A stretch of 64,000 bases of DNA from a virus. The position numbers and the translations under genes were made by a program. The stretch lies in IMG/VR virus record IMGVR_UViG_3300028829_002978, positions 2,437 through 66,436 of that record; one strand, given 5' to 3'. Shown here piece by piece: positions 9,102-16,852 of this stretch; within the stretch, counting starts at the first letter, position 1; each line of letters begins with the position of its first letter. Below the pieces are notes generated by a model, which ran no database searches, was not told the origin of the DNA, and saw nothing but the letters and a program-made list of their open reading frames with translations.

Positions 9102-9278
9102 GGTTATAATCCTGATAATTATAGAGGGGTAAATAAAACAATACAAGCACAAATAGGACTTAAAGGTACTCGATTAAATATTGGGACTTTTCAAACAGAA
9201 AATGAGGCAGCATTAGCATATAACAATTTTGTAATATCTAATAATACAGCCCATACATTAAATATCATAAAGGATTAA
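9102..9278 (+). pseudogene. Start-less AP2 DNA-binding domain, remnant of an HNH-AP2 homing endonuclease
   Basis: YRGVNKTIQAQIGLKGTRLNIGTFQTENEAALAYNNFVISNNTAHTLN*, preceded by an in-frame stop. Confidence 0.7.
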
Positions 9279-9279
9279 T

Positions 9280-9984
9280 ATGAGTGAATATACAGACAAG
9301 TATAAAAATTTAGTACAACATATTTTAATGAGAGGTACAAAACAAGTTTGTAGAAATGGTTCTCAACTGATCATACCAAGTTATAGTTTCACTATTGACG
9401 ATATGGAAAATGATCACAAATTACTGCTACGAAAAATGTGGTATAAAGGTGTTAAAGGTGAATTTGATACATTAGTATCAGATGAACCATTAACTAACGT
9501 TTCACAATTTGAGGCTAAAGGTTGTAATTACTGGAAATTATGGGGTGGACCTAATGGTGAGCTGAGTTTAGATTATTATAATGAACTTCACCCAGCGCTA
9601 GAAAATGTAATTAATCAAATTAAAGCAGACCCAAATAGTAGAAGACATGTAATCAGTCTTTGGAATAATGAACACGCATTTGATGACAGTTTATCATTAC
9701 ATTGTTGTTGGCATAATCATACTTACTCTGTAATTAATGGTGTATTACATCTTACATGGACTCAGAGATCAGTAGATACGATGATTGGACTTCCAGCGGA
9801 TATTTACTTGGCTTACTTGTTTATGAAACATATAGCTGATATATGTGATCTAAAAGTAGGCTCATGTATGTTTAGTTTATCTAATGTGCATGTTTACACC
9901 GAACATATAGAAAACGCTAACGAATTATTAACTAGAACTGAAGATGATTTTGATAAAAAATTAGATTTTGAGTTGAAAGGGTAA
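9280..9984 (+). CDS. thyA: Thymidylate synthase-family enzyme with dCMP-type residues
   Basis: PNSRRHVISLWN, LHCCW (catalytic Cys), QRSVDTMIGLPADI and NVHVYTEH. Confidence 0.85.
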   Translation: MSEYTDKYKNLVQHILMRGTKQVCRNGSQLIIPSYSFTIDDMENDHKLLLRKMWYKGVKGEFDTLVSDEPLTNVSQFEAKGCNYWKLWGGPNGELSLDYYNELHPALENVINQIKADPNSRRHVISLWNNEHAFDDSLSLHCCWHNHTYSVINGVLHLTWTQRSVDTMIGLPADIYLAYLFMKHIADICDLKVGSCMFSLSNVHVYTEHIENANELLTRTEDDFDKKLDFELKG

Positions 9985-9987
9985 ATT

Positions 9988-10278
9988 ATGGTTATAGAGT
10001 TACAAGCATTAGTAGTTCGTATAGACAATAAAGTTGTTGCATATCAAGGGCTTGATGATCATTACACGTCATCACAGCTCTTTATTAAAGATCAAGAACT
10101 AGAATCACAAGGGGTAGACTTTTGGAAACATGTTGCTAAAACAAGTTGGTGGGCTATGTCAGATAGCGGTTTAACTATTAGGGAACAAGAAGCTAAAGAT
10201 CAGTGTGTGGATTTAGAAAATTTTAAAATTAGTATTGAAACTTTTAGTATTGATACTGATCTTAAAAAAGAGAGGTAA
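9988..10278 (+). CDS. Hypothetical protein
   Basis: 96-aa ORF in a tightly packed operon. Confidence 0.65.
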   Translation: MVIELQALVVRIDNKVVAYQGLDDHYTSSQLFIKDQELESQGVDFWKHVAKTSWWAMSDSGLTIREQEAKDQCVDLENFKISIETFSIDTDLKKER

Positions 10279-10281
10279 ATT

Positions 10282-10497
10282 ATGAGTGAAAATAGACAAT
10301 GGATCAGTGATATATTTTACCCTGCTTTAGCTAAATATAATGAAGAAGAAAAAGATTTTCATATTCAACAATCTATAAACGCACATATTGGTTGGGTTAA
10401 TTGTATTGAAAACTATGATATAGAACCAAGTGGAAAAGACATGGAAGAGATGCAACAAATGTATCGAGAATCTCAAGGAGATATAGATGGAGTTTAA
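10282..10497 (+). CDS. Hypothetical protein
   Basis: 71-aa ORF with GAGG RBS. Confidence 0.65.
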   Translation: MSENRQWISDIFYPALAKYNEEEKDFHIQQSINAHIGWVNCIENYDIEPSGKDMEEMQQMYRESQGDIDGV

Positions 10498-10663
10498 AAT
10501 GAGAGTTACTGAAACTTTAGTTAAAACTGTTACTATTAATGCTGAAGATATAGAAGATGCAGAAGATATTGTACGTCAAAAATATGATAATCAAGAGATA
10601 GTTTTATCTTCAGATGACTTCTTAGATGTAGACTTTTCAGAGGAAGTTGATGATGGTTGTTAG
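10487..10663 (+). CDS. DpnD/PcfM-like small protein (58 aa, not in the ORF track)
   Basis: MEFKMRVTETLVKTVTINAEDIEDAEDIVRQKYDNQEIVLSSDDFLDVDF; AAGGAG RBS. Confidence 0.7.
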   Translation: MEFKMRVTETLVKTVTINAEDIEDAEDIVRQKYDNQEIVLSSDDFLDVDFSEEVDDGC

Positions 10664-11012
10664 CTCAATATTATTATCTCGAAATGGTTGTTATGTAGAT
10701 GAAGATGGAAATTTACCTCCTAGACCTTCTTTTGATAAAGCTTTTTTAGCTGCATTAGTAAGAGGTCAACATATCTCAGATAGCGCATATCTAATGTTAC
10801 CTTCATCGATGAGAGATACAACATTCTCAGCTACAAATGCAGGAGTAGAACCAGAAATTGGTATTACTATTCCTGAAATAGCTGGATTAACAGATTTGTT
10901 AATTGTAGTAAGGAACTCTCAAAACTTATCAAGTGGAAAGAAATTTAGATTAGATGCTTTTGATCTAATTGTTTCTTTTGAACATATAGAAATTTATAGG
11001 AGAAAACAATGA
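10647..11012 (+). CDS. Divergent dihydrofolate reductase-like protein (tentative)
   Basis: The N-terminus SSILLSRNGCYVDEDGNLPPRPSFDKAFL resembles the DHFR pattern 'IG..g.LPW....D...F'; it lies near thyA. Confidence 0.4.
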   Translation: MMMVVSSILLSRNGCYVDEDGNLPPRPSFDKAFLAALVRGQHISDSAYLMLPSSMRDTTFSATNAGVEPEIGITIPEIAGLTDLLIVVRNSQNLSSGKKFRLDAFDLIVSFEHIEIYRRKQ

Positions 11013-11359
11013 GTAAGCTAAAAACAATTGATGAGCTAACGAAAAATATCGATACATGGCATGATGATCGTAAGATCGTCCCAAACTCATCACCAAGCAC
11101 CCAATGTCTAAAAGCAATGTCTGAACTTGGAGAGTTAGCCGACAATATAGCCAAAGGTAAAGATGTTAAAGATGATATTGGTGATATATATGTGTGTCTA
11201 TGCTCAATTGCAAGGTTGTCAGGTACAACTATGCAAGAGTCTATTTCACATGCGTATGAAGATATTCGTTTACGAAAAGGGGTACTTCTTGAAAATGGAA
11301 ACTTTGTTAAATCAACAGACCCTTTATACGTTCAAATGGAGAAAGAAGGGAAACTATGA
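11009..11359 (+). CDS. MazG-like nucleotide pyrophosphohydrolase
   Basis: QCLKAMSELGELA...VKDDIGDIYV...AYEDIRLRKG. Confidence 0.8.
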   Translation: MSKLKTIDELTKNIDTWHDDRKIVPNSSPSTQCLKAMSELGELADNIAKGKDVKDDIGDIYVCLCSIARLSGTTMQESISHAYEDIRLRKGVLLENGNFVKSTDPLYVQMEKEGKL

Positions 11360-11682
11360 CAGAAAGAGAAGAACAACTTTGGGAACATGTTGCAGAGTTA
11401 GCTAAGAAAACTAACTGTAAAAAGAGAGCAGTAGGGGCTATTGTTTTTAATAAAAAACTAGATTTAATTGTTGGACAAGGGTATAATTTTCATCCAGATG
11501 GAATTTGTGATTGTGATTCAACTAGAACTGCTATTCATGCAGAAGATATGGCTATTCAACAAGTAGCTAAAAGTCATGATAGAGAAGATCTAATTGTATT
11601 TGTAAATCATGCTCCTTGTGCAAACTGTAAAAGTTTAATAGAAACAAGAGTGAAAGAAGTGAGATATAGATCTCAGAAATAA
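11356..11682 (+). CDS. dCMP deaminase-like zinc-dependent deaminase
   Basis: C..RAVGAIV, GYN, HAE and PCANC motifs. Confidence 0.85.
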   Translation: MTEREEQLWEHVAELAKKTNCKKRAVGAIVFNKKLDLIVGQGYNFHPDGICDCDSTRTAIHAEDMAIQQVAKSHDREDLIVFVNHAPCANCKSLIETRVKEVRYRSQK

Positions 11683-11975
11683 ATTAATCGGGACTTAGTG
11701 TTGAGGACGAGAGGAAGTAGCAGACCAATCAATTACTGTTTTGCAAAACACTTGCGATATTACCTGTGAAACTGCCTTATCCAATAGGCGATGGATGGAC
11801 ACAAAACTTACCACACGCGGGCTTTCGGTAGGAATAGGGATGGAATTTCCCATGTCTGATGGAAATTTAGACTATGATGTCATACAAAGTAAATTTGACA
11901 AAGCAAATATATATATATCGGAGCTGCAATTTTTAGTCATCTAACAAGATACTATAATTCAGTTCTAGTATGTGT
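11683..11975 (+). ncRNA. Candidate structured intergenic element (ncRNA or replication origin)
   Basis: Richer in GC than its flanks. Contains the palindrome TGTTTTGCAAAACA and hairpins GCCT/AGGC, GGGA/TCCC, GTCTGA/TTAGAC and TGTCA/TGACA. Confidence 0.35.
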
Positions 11976-11999
11976 ATATCAAAAAATAAAGGAGATTAT

Positions 12000-14186
12000 A
12001 TGGGAACGACAAAAGATATGTTACACACATATTTAAAGGAGAATGGGGTGTTTGTAAATGAAATTCACCCATTGGTAACAAAGGCTATTAACACTATATC
12101 AGGAGAAGTCCCATATAGATTAAAGCTAAGTATTGCGCTATCAGAGCTAATCACATTAACATCACATTTAAGAAAACCTATTGTTTTACATGATGGAACT
12201 ATTGTACCTTGTAATGCTATTACATTTGCTTTAGCTAGATCAGGTGTAGCAAAAGATTCATCTATGAATATGGTACGAAAAGCATTAAAATCTGGTTATA
12301 ACATTATAGACCAATATCGAAGAGATTTAGCTAGACATAACGCAGAAAAAGCTGCTATCTTAGATGGTAAAACTAAAGAAGATTGGATGAATTACTATTC
12401 TAAACCTAGAGATTTACAAGCAGGTTTAGGTACAGTTGAAGGTATTATACAACATTTTGCAGATCTAGAGCAAGGTGAAGTAGGTGCAGGGTTTATCAGT
12501 TCGAGTGAAATTGGTACTGATTTACAAACAAATGGTAGTATGTCAGATATTATCAAAACTTTAGCAGTCGGATATGACTTAGGTAAAATTCCTGCTAAAA
12601 TTATTAAATCTACAGATAGTCAAACTGCAAGTATTGATGGTTTACCTATGAATGCTTTATTCTTTGGTTCAGAAGATGCTATTCTATTTAATAATGCTAT
12701 TAAGGCATTGTTTAAACAAATATTTGGTACACAGTTAGCTAGAAGATGTATCTTTGGTTTTACACCTGAGATTGTAGCGCCTATTAATTTTAAGTCAGTA
12801 GAAGAGTTAAATGATTATAAAGATAGAGAAAGAAAGACTACACTTGAAGCACAGGAAGCTATGTTGCAAGATATTGTGAAGATAGTAGAAACTACTGATC
12901 GAGATCCTTTATCATTGTCAACTGAAGCACAAACGCTATTTGATGTATATAAAGAGCATAATAATTTAGTTGCTAATGACATGAAGTCACAGTACCCAAT
13001 TACTAAACTTTCAAGAAGACATAAACAATGGTTAGCTTTAAAACTATCAGGGAATTATGCGATCTTAGATGGTAATTCTGAAGTTACAAAAGAGAATTAT
13101 GTAATGGCTGTTAATACTATTGAAATGTTTGCAGATGATTTAATGAATTTTGAAAAAGAATTAGTAAAAGAACCTTACGAATTATTTGCTGAATTCTGTC
13201 ATCATGAAGCAGAAGATGGTAAATTTAATATTGGTTTACATGAATTAAGAAAATTAGGTTATATACCTATGACTGGTGCCGCTAAAGGTAAGATTGAAGA
13301 ACTAGTGCATTTAGCTTCAAGTTATGATACTGAAGGTATTTATACTGCTTGTGTTCAAAATGGTATTTGTTATGAAGAAATTATTAGAACAGATGTTGCT
13401 GGGTTATCATATCTAGAAGTAGGTGGAACTAAAGATCAAAGAGCTAATCAATGTAGTTCAGGTTTTGATTTCTATGAAACAGACTTTGAAGAACTAGGTA
13501 ACATGCTAGGAGGAGACTACGCTTATTCACCATTCAGGTTTGAAGGAGGTGTTAGAGGTAAAGATAACATTTTAGGTGGTTGTAAATTTGTAGCATTAGA
13601 TGTAGACAAATCATCAATTACTGATGAAGAATGTCATTTATTACTAGAAGGTATTAATCATCATATTGCTAGAACCTCTGATAAAAATAACCAATTCAAA
13701 TTTAGAGTATTAGTTGAACTAGAGTCTATTGTTGATATTGAAGATAGACATTGGAGATATTTCTTAGAAGAAATTGGTATTGAGTTAGGTTTAAACGTAG
13801 ACTTATTACCTAAATCTCAAATATACTTCGCATACGACGGTAGAGAGGTACTATCTGAATTAGATGGTGAACCTCTAGGAACTAAAGATTTAATTGTTAA
13901 AGCTATGGAAAAAGAAGCTAATAAACCTAAACCTAAAAGTATATCATCTGCTCAGCAAAAGATTATGTTAACAGATAAAATGAATACATTTGATTTTGCA
14001 TATAATGCAGTAAATGGTGAAGGATCAAGATCATTAGTAAGAGCTGGTCTCTATGCTATTGACTTAGGTGCGTCTCAAATTGAAGTTGAAGGACTTATTA
14101 AAGACATAAATAATTTCTGGGTTTCTTCTATGGATGAAGACCGATTAGAATACACAGTTCTTAATTACCTTCGTCGAAAGTTTTAG
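12000..14186 (+). CDS. N4 gp43-like DNA primase/ATPase
   Basis: VPCNAITFALARSGVAKD, GTVEG, SSEIGTDL, YDLGKIPAKIIK, PMNALFFG and a C-terminal ALDVD/FRV; GGAG RBS at the ATG at 12000. Confidence 0.75.
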   Translation: MGTTKDMLHTYLKENGVFVNEIHPLVTKAINTISGEVPYRLKLSIALSELITLTSHLRKPIVLHDGTIVPCNAITFALARSGVAKDSSMNMVRKALKSGYNIIDQYRRDLARHNAEKAAILDGKTKEDWMNYYSKPRDLQAGLGTVEGIIQHFADLEQGEVGAGFISSSEIGTDLQTNGSMSDIIKTLAVGYDLGKIPAKIIKSTDSQTASIDGLPMNALFFGSEDAILFNNAIKALFKQIFGTQLARRCIFGFTPEIVAPINFKSVEELNDYKDRERKTTLEAQEAMLQDIVKIVETTDRDPLSLSTEAQTLFDVYKEHNNLVANDMKSQYPITKLSRRHKQWLALKLSGNYAILDGNSEVTKENYVMAVNTIEMFADDLMNFEKELVKEPYELFAEFCHHEAEDGKFNIGLHELRKLGYIPMTGAAKGKIEELVHLASSYDTEGIYTACVQNGICYEEIIRTDVAGLSYLEVGGTKDQRANQCSSGFDFYETDFEELGNMLGGDYAYSPFRFEGGVRGKDNILGGCKFVALDVDKSSITDEECHLLLEGINHHIARTSDKNNQFKFRVLVELESIVDIEDRHWRYFLEEIGIELGLNVDLLPKSQIYFAYDGREVLSELDGEPLGTKDLIVKAMEKEANKPKPKSISSAQQKIMLTDKMNTFDFAYNAVNGEGSRSLVRAGLYAIDLGASQIEVEGLIKDINNFWVSSMDEDRLEYTVLNYLRRKF

Positions 14187-14187
14187 A

Positions 14188-14610
14188 ATGATTAACTGGA
14201 CATATAAAGAAAAGGAAGTGTTATCTCATGATGACCTTCCTGATAATTGCACAGACTTTGTATATGAGCTTAAGTTTGATGATGAGACTAAATATATTGG
14301 TAAGAAAACGGTTCGAGCTATGAGACGTTTACAGCCTACTAAAGCACAATTAGCAATACGTAAAAATTACAAAAGAGTAGAACTAAAAGATTTACCTTTT
14401 GCAAAGTATGTAGGGTCTAGTGATGAAAACAATGATAAAGTCTTAGTATCTAAAACTATATTGTATTTATCATCTAACAAAAAGACAGCTTCATATATTG
14501 AGACTGCATTATTATTCGGTAATGACGTGTTGTTTACTGACGAGTATACTAATAAAAATATATCAGGGACGTACTTTGATAATAGTTTAGATGGTTTAAT
14601 TGAGGACTAA
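14188..14610 (+). CDS. GIY-YIG-like endonuclease
   Basis: FVYEL....KYIGKK, YVGSS, E...LF, and YxNxNI motifs. Confidence 0.65.
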   Translation: MINWTYKEKEVLSHDDLPDNCTDFVYELKFDDETKYIGKKTVRAMRRLQPTKAQLAIRKNYKRVELKDLPFAKYVGSSDENNDKVLVSKTILYLSSNKKTASYIETALLFGNDVLFTDEYTNKNISGTYFDNSLDGLIED

Positions 14611-14648
14611 TAATTATGTAAGTATAATAACTTTCAAGATTAATCAGT

Positions 14649-14702
14649 AGAGCCGTAGCTTCTCCTACGCTCCTACGGTTCTTCTAATTAATGAGCGTAG
14701 GA
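14649..14702 (+). promoter_or_regulatory. H-type pseudoknot sequestering the RBS of the downstream endonuclease remnant
   Basis: Stem 1: AGAGCCGTAG (14649-58) pairs with CTACGGTTCT (14673-82). Stem 2: TCCTACGCTC (14663-72) pairs with GAGCGTAGGA (14693-702). ATG at 14710. Confidence 0.65.
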
Positions 14703-14709
14703 ACTCCTA

Positions 14710-15007
14710 ATGATACTAGCACAAACAGTAACAAATAAAAAGTCGATAAGTACTTATAATAAATTAATGGAACGATTTATTAATGTCCATAATCAAACAT
14801 ATTCATATACTAATGCAATTTATAGAGTATATAACAATATTACAAACAACTGAGTATGCTTTAGGCAAAGATTGCTATAAAGCAGAACAAATGATTATTA
14901 AAAAATTTAGTAATCAACGATATATTGGTCCTGCATTACTAAAAATTGGTAATACAGAGTTATTTAGTACTGATATATTAAAACTGGAAGGACTAATAGA
15001 ATGTTAG
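14710..15007 (+). pseudogene. Internally deleted homing endonuclease (DUF723-like N-terminus plus T5orf172/GIY-YIG-like C-terminus)
   Basis: The frame from 14710 gives FINVHNQTYSYTNAIY and then stops. A different frame gives CYKAEQMIIKKF...GNTELFSTDIL. Confidence 0.6.
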
Positions 15008-15471
15008 AAATTAAATTAACTGGTACAGAAGCTGTAGATTACTTATGTAAAGAAAGTAGTACTATGGTTAAGTTTAATGCTTTACAAAAAGCTTATGATA
15101 AACTATATGAAAAATATGAGCGATCTAAAGTATCACAGGTAGAAGAAACATCTCATCATATTGAAGATCAATCTCAATTATTAAAAGATGTGAAAACAAG
15201 TAAACCTGGTTTTGTAAAAGCTAGTAGTTATAAAGAACATAAAAAAGATGTACCTGGTGAAATTGGTGCTATAGTACCTCAAGGTAATAAAACTTATACC
15301 CAAGGTGATTTAGGTGTTATTAAGGCTGCGTTACTTAAAAGCCCAAATAACAATGACAGATCAATTCAAGTTGTTGCTGCAAAGTTAGGTAGAACTGAGT
15401 CTGCTTTAAGAAGTAAACTAAATGAATTAGGTTTAACTACGAAGAAAAATATTATCTATAAAAGACCTTAG
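15001..15471 (+). CDS. Hypothetical protein with a C-terminal HTH-like segment
   Basis: SIQVVAAKLGRTESALRSKLNELG. Confidence 0.6.
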   Translation: MLEIKLTGTEAVDYLCKESSTMVKFNALQKAYDKLYEKYERSKVSQVEETSHHIEDQSQLLKDVKTSKPGFVKASSYKEHKKDVPGEIGAIVPQGNKTYTQGDLGVIKAALLKSPNNNDRSIQVVAAKLGRTESALRSKLNELGLTTKKNIIYKRP

Positions 15472-15472
15472 T

Positions 15473-16138
15473 ATGCAAGATTTTATAGAGGTAAAGTTTA
15501 AATATTATACAACTCAGTATACAATCTCTAAAGCACTGGATAAATTAGTTGATAGAGAGGTTATGTCTCTAGACTTTGAAGTTCAATCTATTTATACAGT
15601 AGAAGAACGAAAAGAAGCTAAAGAACTGGTTAAGAAGTTCCAAGAAGATTTAAATAACGAAGACCTTAGATTATCTAAAGTTGTAGCTAGATGTTCTGGA
15701 TTATCTCATCCAAGTATTACAAAAACTACTCACGCTATCTTTGGTTTGTCTGAAGATGAAGCTGTAGTATTTGTAGTTAATGATAAAAAGACTGAACAAT
15801 TTATTATGGACTGGATTGTAAAATTCAAAGGTAAACTTGTTATTCATAATAGTTTATATGATCTAAAACTAGTTCATCATAGAACAGGTAAATTTCCTAT
15901 AGATATTGAGGACACTCAATTACTAGCCAGATGTCTTATTAATCATACTCAAGATTGGGAATGTAAGACAGGTTTAAAACACACTATGGGAGGGTATTAT
16001 GATCCAAAATGGATTATGATAGAATCTTATGATATTGTTGACCTAAAAAATAAAGATTTCCTTAGATATTGTGCTATTGATGGTGCATCAACTATGAAAT
16101 TATGGAATCAATTACAGGAGGTAAGAAATGACGCGTGA
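15473..16138 (+). CDS. 3'-5' exonuclease domain of the split family A DNA polymerase
   Basis: ExoI SLDFE, ExoII HNSLYDL, EDTQLL, GLK and ExoIII YCAID. Confidence 0.85.
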   Translation: MQDFIEVKFKYYTTQYTISKALDKLVDREVMSLDFEVQSIYTVEERKEAKELVKKFQEDLNNEDLRLSKVVARCSGLSHPSITKTTHAIFGLSEDEAVVFVVNDKKTEQFIMDWIVKFKGKLVIHNSLYDLKLVHHRTGKFPIDIEDTQLLARCLINHTQDWECKTGLKHTMGGYYDPKWIMIESYDIVDLKNKDFLRYCAIDGASTMKLWNQLQEVRNDA

Positions 16139-16319
16139 TGAAGCTAAAGATTTATTATACGATAAACATGGCGAGGATGTTGATTTAATTGATAGAATTT
16201 ATGATGACTTTGAAAAAGAACTTATTGAAAAAAGTAAACCTGTAGATAGTAATTTATGTATCTGTAAAGGGTTTCTTAAACCTAATCATTGTCCTGTACA
16301 TAGAAAGGGTAGGTCATGA
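16128..16319 (+). CDS. Small Cys/His (Zn-binding) hypothetical protein
   Basis: CIC...HCPVH; AGGAGG RBS. Confidence 0.6.
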   Translation: MTRDEAKDLLYDKHGEDVDLIDRIYDDFEKELIEKSKPVDSNLCICKGFLKPNHCPVHRKGRS

Positions 16320-16639
16320 GCACTTTAACAAAAGAAGAAGTTGATACTATAGTTAAACTATCCAAGAAACCAAGTTTAAACATCAAAGGTTGTAGTCATG
16401 GTAATTATTATTATGGTATTCAACATGATAGAGATGAATGGTCTGATGAAATAAAATCTGATGTAGAGACATTAGAAATTATTATTAAAAAAATTTTACC
16501 TTCATTATCAAGTTTTTCTAATTTTACTGGAGACACTCCAAATAGAATTAGAGTTCAATCACATTATAGCTCTTCGTTTACGGGTGTATTTTATATACCT
16601 CTTATTGAGATTGTTAATGATTACACGAAAGGATTATAG
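16316..16639 (+). CDS. Hypothetical protein
   Basis: 107 aa, ATGA overlap. Confidence 0.65.
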   Translation: MSTLTKEEVDTIVKLSKKPSLNIKGCSHGNYYYGIQHDRDEWSDEIKSDVETLEIIIKKILPSLSSFSNFTGDTPNRIRVQSHYSSSFTGVFYIPLIEIVNDYTKGL

Positions 16640-16852
16640 ATGACAACTGATGCAATTATAAATATATCTGAAACTATACATAACTATGCAGTAGCTTATG
16701 AAGACTGGGTCACTAAAGGAAAAGAAGGGAAACCTCCTTTAAATCCTGTTGTTTCAATAGTTATGTCTTTTGAGTGTAGAGAAAAAGAGCATAAAAAAAC
16801 TATTTTTGATCTACAGTTAAAAATCAATAAAGTACAAAAGGCTATATTATGA
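16640..16852 (+). CDS. Hypothetical protein
   Basis: 70 aa, AAGGA RBS. Confidence 0.6.
   Translation: MTTDAIINISETIHNYAVAYEDWVTKGKEGKPPLNPVVSIVMSFECREKEHKKTIFDLQLKINKVQKAIL

Noticed and set aside
11741-11944. 67-aa ORF with a TTG start
   Set aside because: No RBS, atypical composition, and it overlaps a hairpin-dense region.
11683-11960. RNase P RNA or group I intron (GAGGAAG, GACTA...TAGTC)
   Set aside because: The other conserved RNase P blocks are absent, the P7/J8-7 spacing does not fit, and neither flanking gene is interrupted. Kept only as an unclassified structured region.
14783-15007. 74-aa ORF as an intact gene
   Set aside because: Better explained as the out-of-frame C-terminal fragment of a deleted endonuclease starting at 14710.
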